DNA from: Thalia democratica
Taxonomy: Eukaryota
DNA length: 64,000 nucleotides
NCBI GenBank assembly: GCA_965202585.1
Contig: OZ241832.1
Coordinates: 18,662,001 to 18,726,000, forward strand
Reading direction: 5' to 3'
Made by a program: the position numbers and the translations under genes
Shown: one piece after another, positions 47,411 to 58,821 of the stretch
Numbering within the stretch: position 1 is the first letter of the stretch
How the letters are laid out: each line of letters starts with the position of its first letter
Notes under the pieces: model-generated
Databases searched by the model: none
The model's input: the letters and a program-made list of their open reading frames with translations, nothing else
What the model was told of the DNA's origin: nothing

Positions 47411-48649
47411 ACAGAAAGTTTTTTTTTAATTTTTTAACTGTAAACTAACCATTAAACATAATCTAACAGCTTTAAAATCACATGGTGTTTACACAATGAT
47501 AAACCTTGATCAGTTGTTTGCTAATGGTTTATATCACAACATGGCGAGAATAAACATAAAAGTTTACAAAGATGAACTTTAATGTTCATTGCCATTTAAT
47601 TGCAGTGAATAAGTACTATTTAAATCTGGTTTGCTTTAGTAATAAATGTATTTAAGAAACAGTTTACTAGACTGTTCTAGTTTACTAGTAAGTACTAGTA
47701 CTCAGTTTAGAGCTCAGTAAAGAGTACTCAGTTTATATGAAAAGTTAAAATTAAGCTTTACCTGATAACAACTTTAATTGTATTTTATTTCACTACTGCA
47801 TAAACTAAATTATATTTATACCTAATTTTTATACATTTATATCAAATAATGCTTTAGTAAAAAAAATCTTTTTTTATTGCTGTAGATTGTGATTTAGAAT
47901 TTTTTTGAAGTAATTGCGTGAAAAAGCATGAAGTAGTTTAATAAACTTTTAAATGCTTATTTATAAAAACGTACCACGCAACTTAAGGGGAGTTTTAATG
48001 TATAAAGTTGAAAAAATAAAACTAATATTTTTATCAGTTTTGTGTGTATTAGGTATACAAAAGCTTTTCATCCTACCTTTTATTTCCAATAAGAAGCTTA
48101 ATGTATACATTTTAAAAATAATCTACATTAATATTATCTTCTATTTTAAAAAGTTGATGAATCAACTTTTATTACTTTTGTCTATTTTTACAAAGTAAAA
48201 GTTTTATTTTGGTGTGTTAACCACTAGTAATTTTTGTTAATTATATTAAATTATTTATTAAAAAAGTACTGTTATGGCCCAGGATACTAAAACTTAAGAC
48301 AACGATTACTTGATAAGTACTAACTTAAATATCATAATTGATAAATTATCCAAATTAAAAGGATTTCAAATGCTTGGCTCGCCAAAGACTTTTTTTTTAT
48401 TGTCTTCGACTAAAAGCTTGCCAACCCCTATAGAAAAATTTAAAAATAAGTATAAAGTACTTAATTTTTGAAGAAAAATACAAACACAAAAATTAATTTG
48501 ATTATCCTACGTAAATCAGTTGGTAAATTTTTTTTTTTAATTAAAAATAAAACAATTATAAAATTGTTTTAGAAAAATACGTATAACTCTGATAAAAACA
48601 TCAGTAAAGTTTTAGACTTTGAAACAATATATAAAATACTAAAATTATA

Positions 48650-48945
48650 CAGGGTTGCCACTCTTTGAGTGAAAAATTCTTCCCTGAGTGACCAGAAACT
48701 TCCCTGAGTAACCTTAAACTTCTCTCAGTTTCCCTGAGTTTTTTTTTCAAATACTTAACATTTTTATTATTCATTAAAAAGTTGAAATGTTTATTCTAAG
48801 AATATTTAAGAACTGGCCGCAAGGCTAATAAAAATGCTAAATAAGCACTTAAAAAGGAATAAAATTAATTTTGTTGCACAAAATATTGAAACTGGATTGA
48901 CTCTAAATCTCATTCGAAATCTAAAAAAAAATTTCCCTGAGATTA
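48650..48945 (+). mobile_element. Probable single end of a hAT-like element
   Basis: Starts CAGGGTTGCCAC and has repeated TTCCCTGAG subterminal motifs. No matching right end was found. Confidence 0.4.
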
Positions 48946-50978
48946 TTTTAAAAAACCATAACAAGACCCTAAAAAGTGAAGCTCTGCTAATCAAATAGTC
49001 AATTTTAAATAAAGAATTTACTAATAGTTTTTGATTAGTTAGATATATATTAGATTAACAATGTGTAAATATTTATGTAATATGCTATTTTATTGTAGTT
49101 TTTAGTTTTTAATAATAAATAGTAATATATTGTATTACTTAAAATGTGTATATTTAGTTGTTAAACATTAATTTATAGTTATTTTACACAGAATTTTGTT
49201 GATAATGCCTGATGAAAAGTCGAAACGTCGTCGGCGAATAAATTTTAAACTGAAAATGTGTTTAAAATTAATATTTTAAAAACTTCAGTATTCCCATCTA
49301 TTTTTTAAATGTAAAAGGTAAAATATTTAATAAATGAAGTAGCCATAAGCATAACGTTTTTTATTTTTACTTCTTTATAAGCTGTAATTAGAAAGTTATT
49401 ATGATAATTTATCTTCCGTTAGATGTACCGAGATTAGTAAAATTAGTTTAGTAACTATATAACACATAAGCTACAATACAGTTAATTTGTTATGAAAGTT
49501 GTAATTATAGTTAAAAATAAGTTAACTTTTTAAAAGCAGCTTTATTAAAAAACTACACATTTATTTAAAGTTTACTAGACGGTTTTAGTACGTAATAGAT
49601 TAATAATTAAATAATTGTGTTGTAACAGAAGTTTTTTTTTATTCAGCTTTTATTCTAAAGATCATTTAGTATTAAGCTGTTTATAACAATATTATTAGTT
49701 GAGATTTATGAGAGTTAAATATCATTTCTTTTTAAAAACTTAAACGATTTGAAGCTTTAGGTATGAAGTAAAGTATTTTTTTTAAGTCAAAATGCAAAAA
49801 ACTAGCACTATTTTGTAATTGTAATGTATTTAAGTCAAAATATACTTTTCTAAAATTATATATACTTTTCTTATGGAGTATTTGTTAAAAATCTGTTAAT
49901 TTAACTATTAATATTTTTCTATAAACTAAAATAAAGACACACAGTATAACATAAAATGAATTAGAACTTAAAATGACTAAACTTATAGTGTTTTAATTTA
50001 TTACTTAAAGCTTTCTAACTTGTACTCAGTTCTTTGTCAAAGTAAAATGAGAAAAAAAAACTGTATAAAAAACTATAAATTTAAACTACAGTAGACTACC
50101 GCTTAAGTGCGCACTTTTGCCTAAATTTTCAATCATCAAGTTTTTCCAGATTGTTTTATGTTTCGAGGTAGAATGGCTAACCTGCTGAGTTAGACATTGA
50201 AACTAAATACTTATGTAGTGCTTGCAGAAAAGTTAAAGGAATAATGATATTTGAGCTGTAATGCTATAAAATAAATAAATCTAGATGAGAAAATTTAAAA
50301 AGCCTACAAATACAACATAGTTAAATTATAATTTAATTTAAATGTACGCACATTGATGTTCTGAAAATGTTTGGTAAACACAAAGTAGTTTGGTACTTTC
50401 ACTCTAACAAAACAAAATATGGAAAATATGGCTTAATATTCTTTTTTATATCATTGACTGACATTGACTTTCTATATTAAATGTGTGTATTATGTAATTA
50501 TGTAGAAACTTTTTTTTAGAAATAATAAATTATTTTAAAATCTATTAAATAATTTTGCAGATTAGAATTATGTATTAAATGTTATTCAGAATAAAAAGAC
50601 TTAGTTATTTTTCTTAATCATTTGGTTGCTAGTTGTAAGAAAGAAAACAAACAACTAAATTTCATATTATACTATGTCGTAAAAAAGTACGCACTTTTTT
50701 GTCGGGTACAATTTACGTACTTAAGCGGTAGTCTACTGTAATTTAACGAACTATGCAATGTTAAAAATAACAGCTTAACGTATTAGATTTAAACAATTTT
50801 AGTTTGATTTAATTTTTGACATAGTATTGTGTAAATTTCTATTATTAATTTTGTTAATATAAAAATTTAGTTTTATCAAATAGAAAAAGATTTTTGAATA
50901 CTTTAAAATTGTTTCCTACATTAAATATTTAATATATTTCTACAAAAAACGGTTGATTTTTATTTGTTGTTTTGATAT
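48945..50978 (+). mobile_element. Old Penelope 3' end (EN tail, 3' region with hammerhead-like motif) plus downstream sequence; left arm of a long inverted repeat
   Basis: KTLKSEALLIK..ILNK tail and CTGATGA-AAAGTC-GAAA-CGTC-GTC at 49209-49232. It is colinear with the reverse complement of about 53290-54700 once the 50089-50738 MITE is removed. Confidence 0.72.
50089..50738. mobile_element. Tc1/mariner (pogo/Tigger-like) MITE, 650 bp
   Basis: Perfect 20-bp TIR CAGTAGACTACCGCTTAAGT / ACTTAAGCGGTAGTCTACTG with a TA duplication at 50087-50088 and 50739-50740. It is absent from the inverted paralog near 53535. Confidence 0.9.
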
Positions 50979-52337
50979 TGAAGAGTACATTTTGCAACTT
51001 AAGATTAGTTTGAAATATAAGTTTGATAAAAAATTAAACCTTTTTTCAGAAACTGTATCAAAAGTTTAAACAAAAACGTAGAAGATTACATTTTTAGAAA
51101 AAGTTGTCGCATTGCAACTTGAAAATTACTGATTGAAAATACTATCTCAAATGAATTAGCCTAAAATCTATAAACGTCTATCGATTACATATCCATGAAA
51201 ATCTAAATAAATTTATTTAATTAAAGAAGCTAATGTACTAAAAAATAAATAAACAAAACAAAAAAAACCATAAAATCAAAGCTATTTGGTTCAAAAATTA
51301 GGAGCTTAGAGGAGTTAAGTTTGTTACAAATCTACTTTGCCTCAATTTTGTTATTTTTTTACAAACTTATTTCATTATTACAAAAAATGCAAAAAAAAAA
51401 GAATGAAAACAATCTTTAAAACACGTACTTTTTAAACTAAATAAGTTTACAGTAAATATTTTCTTATTTTTCGTCTTATAATTTTTGTATAACATTTTAT
51501 ATATTTTAAAACCTGATTATCAAATGAGCTTCTTAATTTTTGACGGTATTAAGTACGGTTTTAAGTAAAAAAAAAATTGCTAAAAGATTTTTGAAAATTT
51601 TATTCTAAATTTAATTTTCTATTTAACGTATGGTCAAACATGTTTCACCCTAAAAGTTGACTCTTTCATAGTTATCTTAACCAATTAAAATGTGATGTTT
51701 TTAAAAACTATGTTAATAAACAAAAGTGTTGCAACATTCTTGCATTAGCCAAATGAAGTTCACTCGATAAATCTACTGATCTTTTTCTCTACTTGAGGCG
51801 AGTGGAAAGTTACTCGGTAAGTTTTAGAAACCGATATGAAATCTATTTCGGTATTTCTATGTGGCTTCAGGCTACTTTAGTAGGAATTATTATAAACAAA
51901 AATTCGATAGATTAGATGTTTGAAATTTTTATAGCTGACTTTTCCTGTTTTCAGAAGTAAATTAAATTTTTCCGGTCAGCATTAAAAAAATTAAAAATTC
52001 AACGAATAGATTAAAACACTTCTTAATTCGAAATAATGAATTTTATTAGTGAATATTATACTCTGTTGAGTTTAAATCTTAAGAGTAATTAATTTAAGAA
52101 ACTAAAAGAGTAGACAAATTTCATGAACTTTTTATCAAATACAAAACTTTTAGATATTTACAAAATGTTTAGTAATTAAGCACTACTGTTTATTTATAAC
52201 AAAATTAATAACTGATTGTAAGTAGATATTGCATTAAAACTTTAATTGGTTTTTACAACTTATTTTAAAGCCAAAAGTACGTCACATACCAAATAATTTC
52301 AAACCTTTACTTAAGCTAGAAAGCTACACTGACTACC

Positions 52338-52877
52338 AACAGTCTAATTAATGTTTATAGAAAATTTATAAATCATTAAAATTAAAACCACCCAGGTCTC
52401 TCAACTAACATGCTCTCAAGGTGTTAAACTTTATTTATTTTATTATCAAACATAATTCTAAATAAAATTTGTATTATTTACTACATTTTTTCTAAATATG
52501 TAGCAACTTACCCATAAGTCATAACAAAAAATATTGCATTAGAACTTTTTGATTTTTCCAATTCTAAAATTATTTTCAAAAAAACTAGCTAAAAAGCTAG
52601 CAAAAGCTACTAAAACAGTACAAGTTTCTTAAAAATGTAAAATACTACAAGAATACTTAAATAATCACCCAAACTGTTTCTGCAGGGGAGGAAAATCAAC
52701 TAACATGTTTAACCTTAATTAATATTACCATAAAACTTGTTTAACAACTTGATAATTACTAAGCAAGTTACACTTATACAAACAGTCTAATTAATATTTA
52801 TATAAATTTTAGAAAAGTTATAATTCATTAAAACTAATACCAACCAGGACCCTCAGCTAACATGCTCTCAAGGTGTT
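52338..52877 (+). repeat. Imperfect ~90-bp direct repeat (52338-52425 and 52781-52877)
   Basis: Shared AACAGTCTAATTAAT...CCAGG..CTCA.CTAACATGCTCTCAAGGTGTT. Confidence 0.7.
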
Positions 52878-53289
52878 CTTCCTTTAACAAAACCACTCCC
52901 AGCGTTCTTTTCTATTCCCCGAGGTCCCTGCTTAGTTTTTTTCCACATGGTTCTACTATACTCGTAGCAGCATGGATCAGGTTAATGTGCTTATTGAAAG
53001 CACTGAAGTAAACTACACATTTGCAACTATCGTGATAATAAAAAGTTTTATACATTTTTGTGATAGTAATAAGATAATATACAAAATCTTAAACTAAACT
53101 GTGGGAAAATTCAAAAACAAATATTGATATGATTTATTATTATAAAACTAAATTTTTTTGAGGCTTACAATATATAAAACTTTAGAATAGTAACAGAATT
53201 ACTTTATAAAAACATAAAATATAATTAAACACATATTTTAATGGAAACGAATAGCTAAAGGTTAAATTATTAAGAATAATTTGATTTCT

Positions 53290-54950
53290 TATCAAAACAA
53301 CAAATAAAAAATATACCGTTTTTGTAAAAATATTCTAATCATCTTAATGTAGGAAACAATTTTAAAGTACTTAATTCTCTTCGATAAAACTATACTTTTT
53401 AATTTAATAAAATTAATTTTTGAAGGTTTTCGAAATTTACTCAAAGCTATGTCAAAAATTGAATTAAAAGTAAAACTGTTTAAATCTTATTTACATCAAA
53501 CTGTTATTTTTAACATTGCATAATTCGTCATAGTTAGTTTAAATTTGTATTTTCTTATACAGTTTTTTTGCTCCTATTATTTTGACAAAGAACTGAGTAC
53601 AATTTCAAAAGCTTTAAGTAATAAATTAAAACACGAAAAGTTTAATCATTTTAAGTTCTAATTCATTTAATGTTATACTGTGTGTCTTTATTTTACTTTA
53701 TAGAAAAATATTGAAAGTTAAATGAACATATTTTTAACAAAGACTCTATAAGCAAACCATACATAATTTTATTAAATATACATGTGACTAGAATACTTTA
53801 CAATTACAAAATAGTGCAAGCTCTTGCATTTTGACTTAAAAAAATAATACTTTACTTTATACCTAAAGCTGCAAATCGTTTAAGTTTTTGAAAAGAAATA
53901 ATATTTAATTCTCATAAATCTCAACTAATAATATTGTTATAAACAGCTTAATACTAAATAATCTTTAGAACAAAAGCTGAATATAAAAAAAATTATGTTA
54001 GACCACAACTATTTTTAATTTAATACGTACTAAAACCGTCTAGTAAACTTTAAAGAAAAGTGTAGTTTTTTAATAAAGCTTCTTTTAAAAAGCTAACTTC
54101 TTTTTTATTATAATTACAACTTTCATCACAAATTAACTGTATTGTAGCATATATATTATTCAGTTACTAAACTAATTTCACTAACCTAAGTACATCTAAC
54201 GGAAGATAATTTATCAAAATAACTTTCTTATAACAGCTTATAAAAGAAGTAAAAATATCGTTATGTTTATGGCTACTTCATTTAGAAAATGTTGTACATT
54301 TTACATTTAAAAAACAGGTGGGGATACTGGAGCTTTTTAATACCAATTTAATGAGAAACACATCCTAAGTTTATAATTTGTTAGCAGACGACATTTCGAC
54401 TTTTCATCAGTCATTATCAACAAAATACTGTGAAAAATAACTAAAAATTAGTGTTTAACAACTAAGTATACAAAAACTTATGTAATACAACATATAAACA
54501 TTTATAAATTAAAATTATAAACTACAATAAAATAACATGTTATATAAATATTTACACATTCTTAAACCTATATATATCTAACTAATCAAAAATTCATAGT
54601 GTCTTGGTAGTACCCGGCTTATTTAATCGTTTATTTAAAATTGGATTATAACGTTTTATTAGAAGAGCTCGACCTATCAGGGTCTCAAATTTATTTCTAC
54701 ACTTTTTCAAAATTCCAAAAGTATTAACAGTTATTTTTTCATTATTACAAACATTACAATTGCTTAAGTAGTCAGATACAGCTGTTTTTCCTTAAAATGC
54801 TCTTTAAATCTTTCTACTAATGGTCTTGAAGTGAATTCAATATACTGGATACTCATATCATAAGAGCATTTATACTCATAGACCACGTTGGATTTTAGTT
54901 CATGGGGTATCTTATCTTTATTACTGAAGTAATTGGGTAAATAAAAATTG
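53290..54950 (-). mobile_element. Old Penelope GIY-YIG domain plus 3' region; right arm of the inverted repeat
   Basis: Minus strand reads FSNKDKIPHELKSNVVYEYKCSYDMSIQYIEFTSRPLVERFKEH...CNVC...ILKKCRNKFETLI..ALLIKRYNPILNKRL. A hammerhead-like core lies at 54387-54410. Confidence 0.82.
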
Positions 54951-55329
54951 CTTTAATCAAAAAGACAATTTACACATAACCTAAAATATGGATTTAATGG
55001 ACTAACAAGAATATTTCTCAATAAAAATAAACAACTTCGTCAAACTACAAAAATCAAGAATTCCACAAAACTCTATTTAATCTGTAAAATAAGACAAATA
55101 TAAAAATTGTTAAATACGAAAAAGGTAACGGAATTTGCTTAATGTCTAAAGATGATTATCTAAATGGACATAATACTATATTGAAGATGAGACTAAATTA
55201 AAATTAGTAGAAAAGGACAAAAGAAAAATTTCCAGACACCCCCAATTAACAATAATAGAACGTATAAGAGAAATGATAAAACAAAACCTTCAACCTCAAA
55301 TAGAGAAAAAAAAACATATAACATTCTAA

Positions 55330-55855
55330 TTACAGATAGTAACTCGACGGGCAAGTTATATGGCACATGTAAAGTCCATAAAAAAGATTACCCATTGAAA
55401 CCTATTGTATTAAAGCTAACTACACACTGATATATATTAGCTAAATACCTTGATGTAATAATCCATCATCATATCCCAAAACAATATTGAAAGAAAACAA
55501 TAAAGAGTTTTTATAAAAACTTTCTAAATATGAACGTAAAGACGGTGACTACTGTATTAGTTTTGACGTAGTCTCACTATATACCATTGTACCACTGAAT
55601 GAAACACTACAGACGATTGTAAATGGTGTACGTAATAGTACCATACCACAATCAAACATGTTAAATCTTTTGAAGTCTGTTACTGGAGGTTTATTCAAAT
55701 ATAATAAGAAATTATATACACAAATAGATGGTATAAGCATGGAAAACCTGCTAGCGCCTACTATAGCAAATTACTTCATGGGAACATTAGAAAAAAATCT
55801 CTTTAACACTGAAGATAAGAATAATCCAGTTTTATACCTTCGATATGTCAATTTT
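55330..55855 (+). mobile_element. Degenerate Penelope/Poseidon-type reverse transcriptase fragment
   Basis: LYGTCKVHKKDYPLKPIV, ISFDVVSLYTIVPL, YTQIDGISMENLLAPTIANYFM and YLRYV, truncated just before the DD. Confidence 0.85.
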
Positions 55856-55859
55856 TTTT

Positions 55860-57600
55860 GAAAAGACTGTTCTCACATATCTTATATTAAAATCAACTTA
55901 AAAATTTAAGTCAATTTGTTTGCATCATTTGTTTTTAAAAAAATTCATAAAATGTTTCAGTTTTTAAAGACCTAATAGTAAAATTAAATTATTTTCCCAA
56001 TTATTTTTTTAATAATTACCATTTAATTACTTCATAAAATCAATTACTTTGACTTATAGAAAATTTAAAGATAATGCTAAATCTGTCGTGGGAAAAAAAG
56101 TTGCTAAGTAATTTTTGTGACTTTATGTTCATTTTGTTCTAAAGCTGAAGTAAGTTAATTTTGTATCTTATATATATTAAAATAAACATTTTTAATCCAT
56201 AACAGAAATCTAAATAAATTAATCAAGCTTTGTAAATAGTTATTTTCATTTTTTTAAACATTTTTTGTTTTTATTGTAACTTGATTCGTACAAATAGTGT
56301 ATACAGTTTAAATATAACTTGACAGCATAATTTTTTTTTTTAATTTTCAAGATACAATTTGATAATAATTTTAAATAAAGAAGGATTTTTTAAATTGTTT
56401 TTAGTTTTTGAAGTATTTAGTAAACTATTCTATACATATTTTATAGTATAAAATTTCTTGATCCATAACAAAAAAGTTGCAATATAATCTATTTTTTTTA
56501 ATTAATTTTTTCAAAGCTTGATAAATTTTATTTTTTGTACTAAACATTGCTCAGCTCAAAAATTATATTGTAGATATTTCAAGTATAATTTAGAAGCAGT
56601 AGCTTAATTTTTCTCGTGTTTTAAAATCTTAATAAAAACTATCACTAAAAAAAGTATGAGTTTTGAAAACTTGGTTAGTTTTTCTGTAGTTGTGTTTTTA
56701 ATTGGTCTAAATAAGAAAATTGTATAATCATTTGTGGTGTTATGACACAAGAACTTAATAGTTAGTTGAACGGGATTAGAAAAGTTAGAATTAACTTATT
56801 TTCACTTAAAATTACTTATGCTAAATTTATAGAGTTGTTTGAGTTTTTTATTGATGACTATGAAATTACTTAGTAAATTTGATTAAAAATGTTTGAACAT
56901 ATTAATTAATTGCGTTTTTTTTTCTTATTACTGTGTTTTTTAAACAGAATAACATTCAACCAGATAAAAAATATAAGCTTGTAAAGTATAAAAGTTTTAA
57001 ACCATTTTCTAATAATAAAATTTTCATGTACTTTCTTTATTCCAAAACAATTTCATAACAATGTAAAATCTGTGTTAGTAGTTTTTTTATCTTAACAAAT
57101 TTATTTAATTTTATTTAATTGATTTATACTTAGTTATTTTAGTTATAATGTTGTAGTAATTTTTTAATTTAAAACTGCTTGATAAATAATGTATAGGTAT
57201 TAGGTTTTAAGTTAAAAATACAAAACAATCTATTTTTTTTTTCTAAGTTGTTTGTTTTATTGTTTAAATTAATTTCAAAAAATTCTTTTTAATAGGTTTA
57301 TAGTTTAAACATTGTGCATATTCAACTGTCAACAAAGTGGAATTTATAAACAAATTAGGTAAAGGCAAATTACGTTATACAACTTTTTTTAGAAGTTTTT
57401 GATATATGAAAATGAACAAAGCGGTAATTTTATTATAGTAGTTGCTTTTCATATTTGTTACAACCTATGAATAGGTTAGTTATAAACAACAGTTGTAGTC
57501 AAAGTTCCTACAAAAATCCTGTAATTTTTTAAACTTCTTAAATTAAAAAAAAAAACTTTGATGTCTTTTAATAAATTAGATCAATATAAAAACGAAAGTT
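55860..57600 (+). repeat. Third, more diverged partial copy of the zinc-finger unit (intergenic region plus gene-B exon 1 remnant)
   Basis: Colinear with about 29020-30830. It includes the empty Penelope target at 56020-56032 and an exon-1 homolog at 57337-57364 with ATG changed to GTG and the GC donor retained. Confidence 0.85.
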
Positions 57601-57839
57601 TCTATATAAGTAGTGTATAAATATTTATTTTCATAACAATTAGTTCATGCTTCTTTCGTCAGTTGTGTACTAAGCATTAAAAATAAAATTTCAAATTTAG
57701 CTTATATAGTGAAAATGCAATCAACATAATTAATAATAATAAAGCAAAGAGTAATTAACCTTACATAAGTACTTCTAATTACAATTCAACTAAAAGAATA
57801 ATAAAACAGAGCAACATTATATAAAACAATTTAAGAAAA

Positions 57840-58130
57840 CAACAAAACAGTATAATCAAAGTCTTTATGTTCACACAACTTAGGTTTTCTTAACAAAATA
57901 CAAATAGCCTCAAGTTTAGTTAAATCAGAAATGTGAAAATTTTTTTTAATAATTTTCAAACATTTCAAATTATAATCACTAGCACAATCAAGGTTATTTC
58001 TTAAGTGTTCAGCAATAGCAGATCTTTTTGAAGCATTTACTACTCTAATAGATTTAGTTTTCTTATTACTTATACAAAATTCATCGATACTTATTTGAAT
58101 ATGTACCTTTATTCTTTTGCCAAATTTAAA
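57840..58130 (-). mobile_element. Degenerate Penelope/Poseidon-type endonuclease C-terminal fragment
   Basis: SAIAEHLRNNLDCASDYNL...DLTKLEAICILLRKPKLCEHKDFDY; related to the 35640-35950 fragment. Confidence 0.78.
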
Positions 58131-58477
58131 AACAAGCTAAGTACAAGTAAAGTTTAAAAATACTTTAAAGTTTTAAATTCCGTGCAAAATAATTGTTTAA
58201 TTCAAAAACAAAGTTAGCAAATGGATCAACTAATCATTCTTGTGATGGAGTTAATATATGACAAAATGACTAATAATCGCTAGTAAAGTTTAAAAAAATG
58301 CCTATTTATAAGTAAGGCCCCTAAAAACTATAACCAAAAAAACTTGCATTTTAACTGCAGCTTAAAAGTTGCAATTTGCAAACAATTTAAGTTTCTACTA
58401 CCTTTTACAACAACAATGATTTTTTAAAAAAATGAGTAGGTTTGTTACTGTATTTAAATAATTTATCAGCAACTTGC

Positions 58478-58821
58478 CTTCCTTGGCTGGCAACATGTTC
58501 GGGGAACTCCTGTCATCGAGGTGCTCAACAACAAAAATTTTGTTTGAAGCGCTCAAGAAAGGCGTTAGCTCCCTGATGGTTCCGTGCAAGCTGTCATGGT
58601 CGAGCAACTTTGATTGCTCGATCAGGATGACTATCATTGCCTGTCTGGAAAAACCTGGTACACGAAACCCTCTTTCTTCAAGTTTCACATCGTTGTATGT
58701 TTTACCAACTGTTTGCACGGTGTTGTTTTTCAAACGCTGCTTGGCCAACAGGATCCTTCCGAGCCTCCGTTGTGTTTTGTCTTGCAGGCATATGCTGAAA
58801 GTCATGTTTAAATTAAGGTGC
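58478..58821 (-). CDS. Orphan higher-GC coding exon of unknown function
   Basis: The open frame MTFSICLQDKTQRRLGRILL...MLPAKE coincides with a visible GC island. It is bounded by a CTAAAC...TTTCCAG acceptor and an AAG|GCAAGT GC-type donor. Confidence 0.5.

Noticed and set aside
17447-48994. Many short Phe/Leu/Ile/Lys-rich ORFs (e.g. 17447, 24521, 27951, 36193, 37061, 37696, 44659, 47953, 48806)
   Set aside because: These are expected by chance in very AT-rich DNA, often start at TTG, and show no motifs or frame conservation between paralogous segments.
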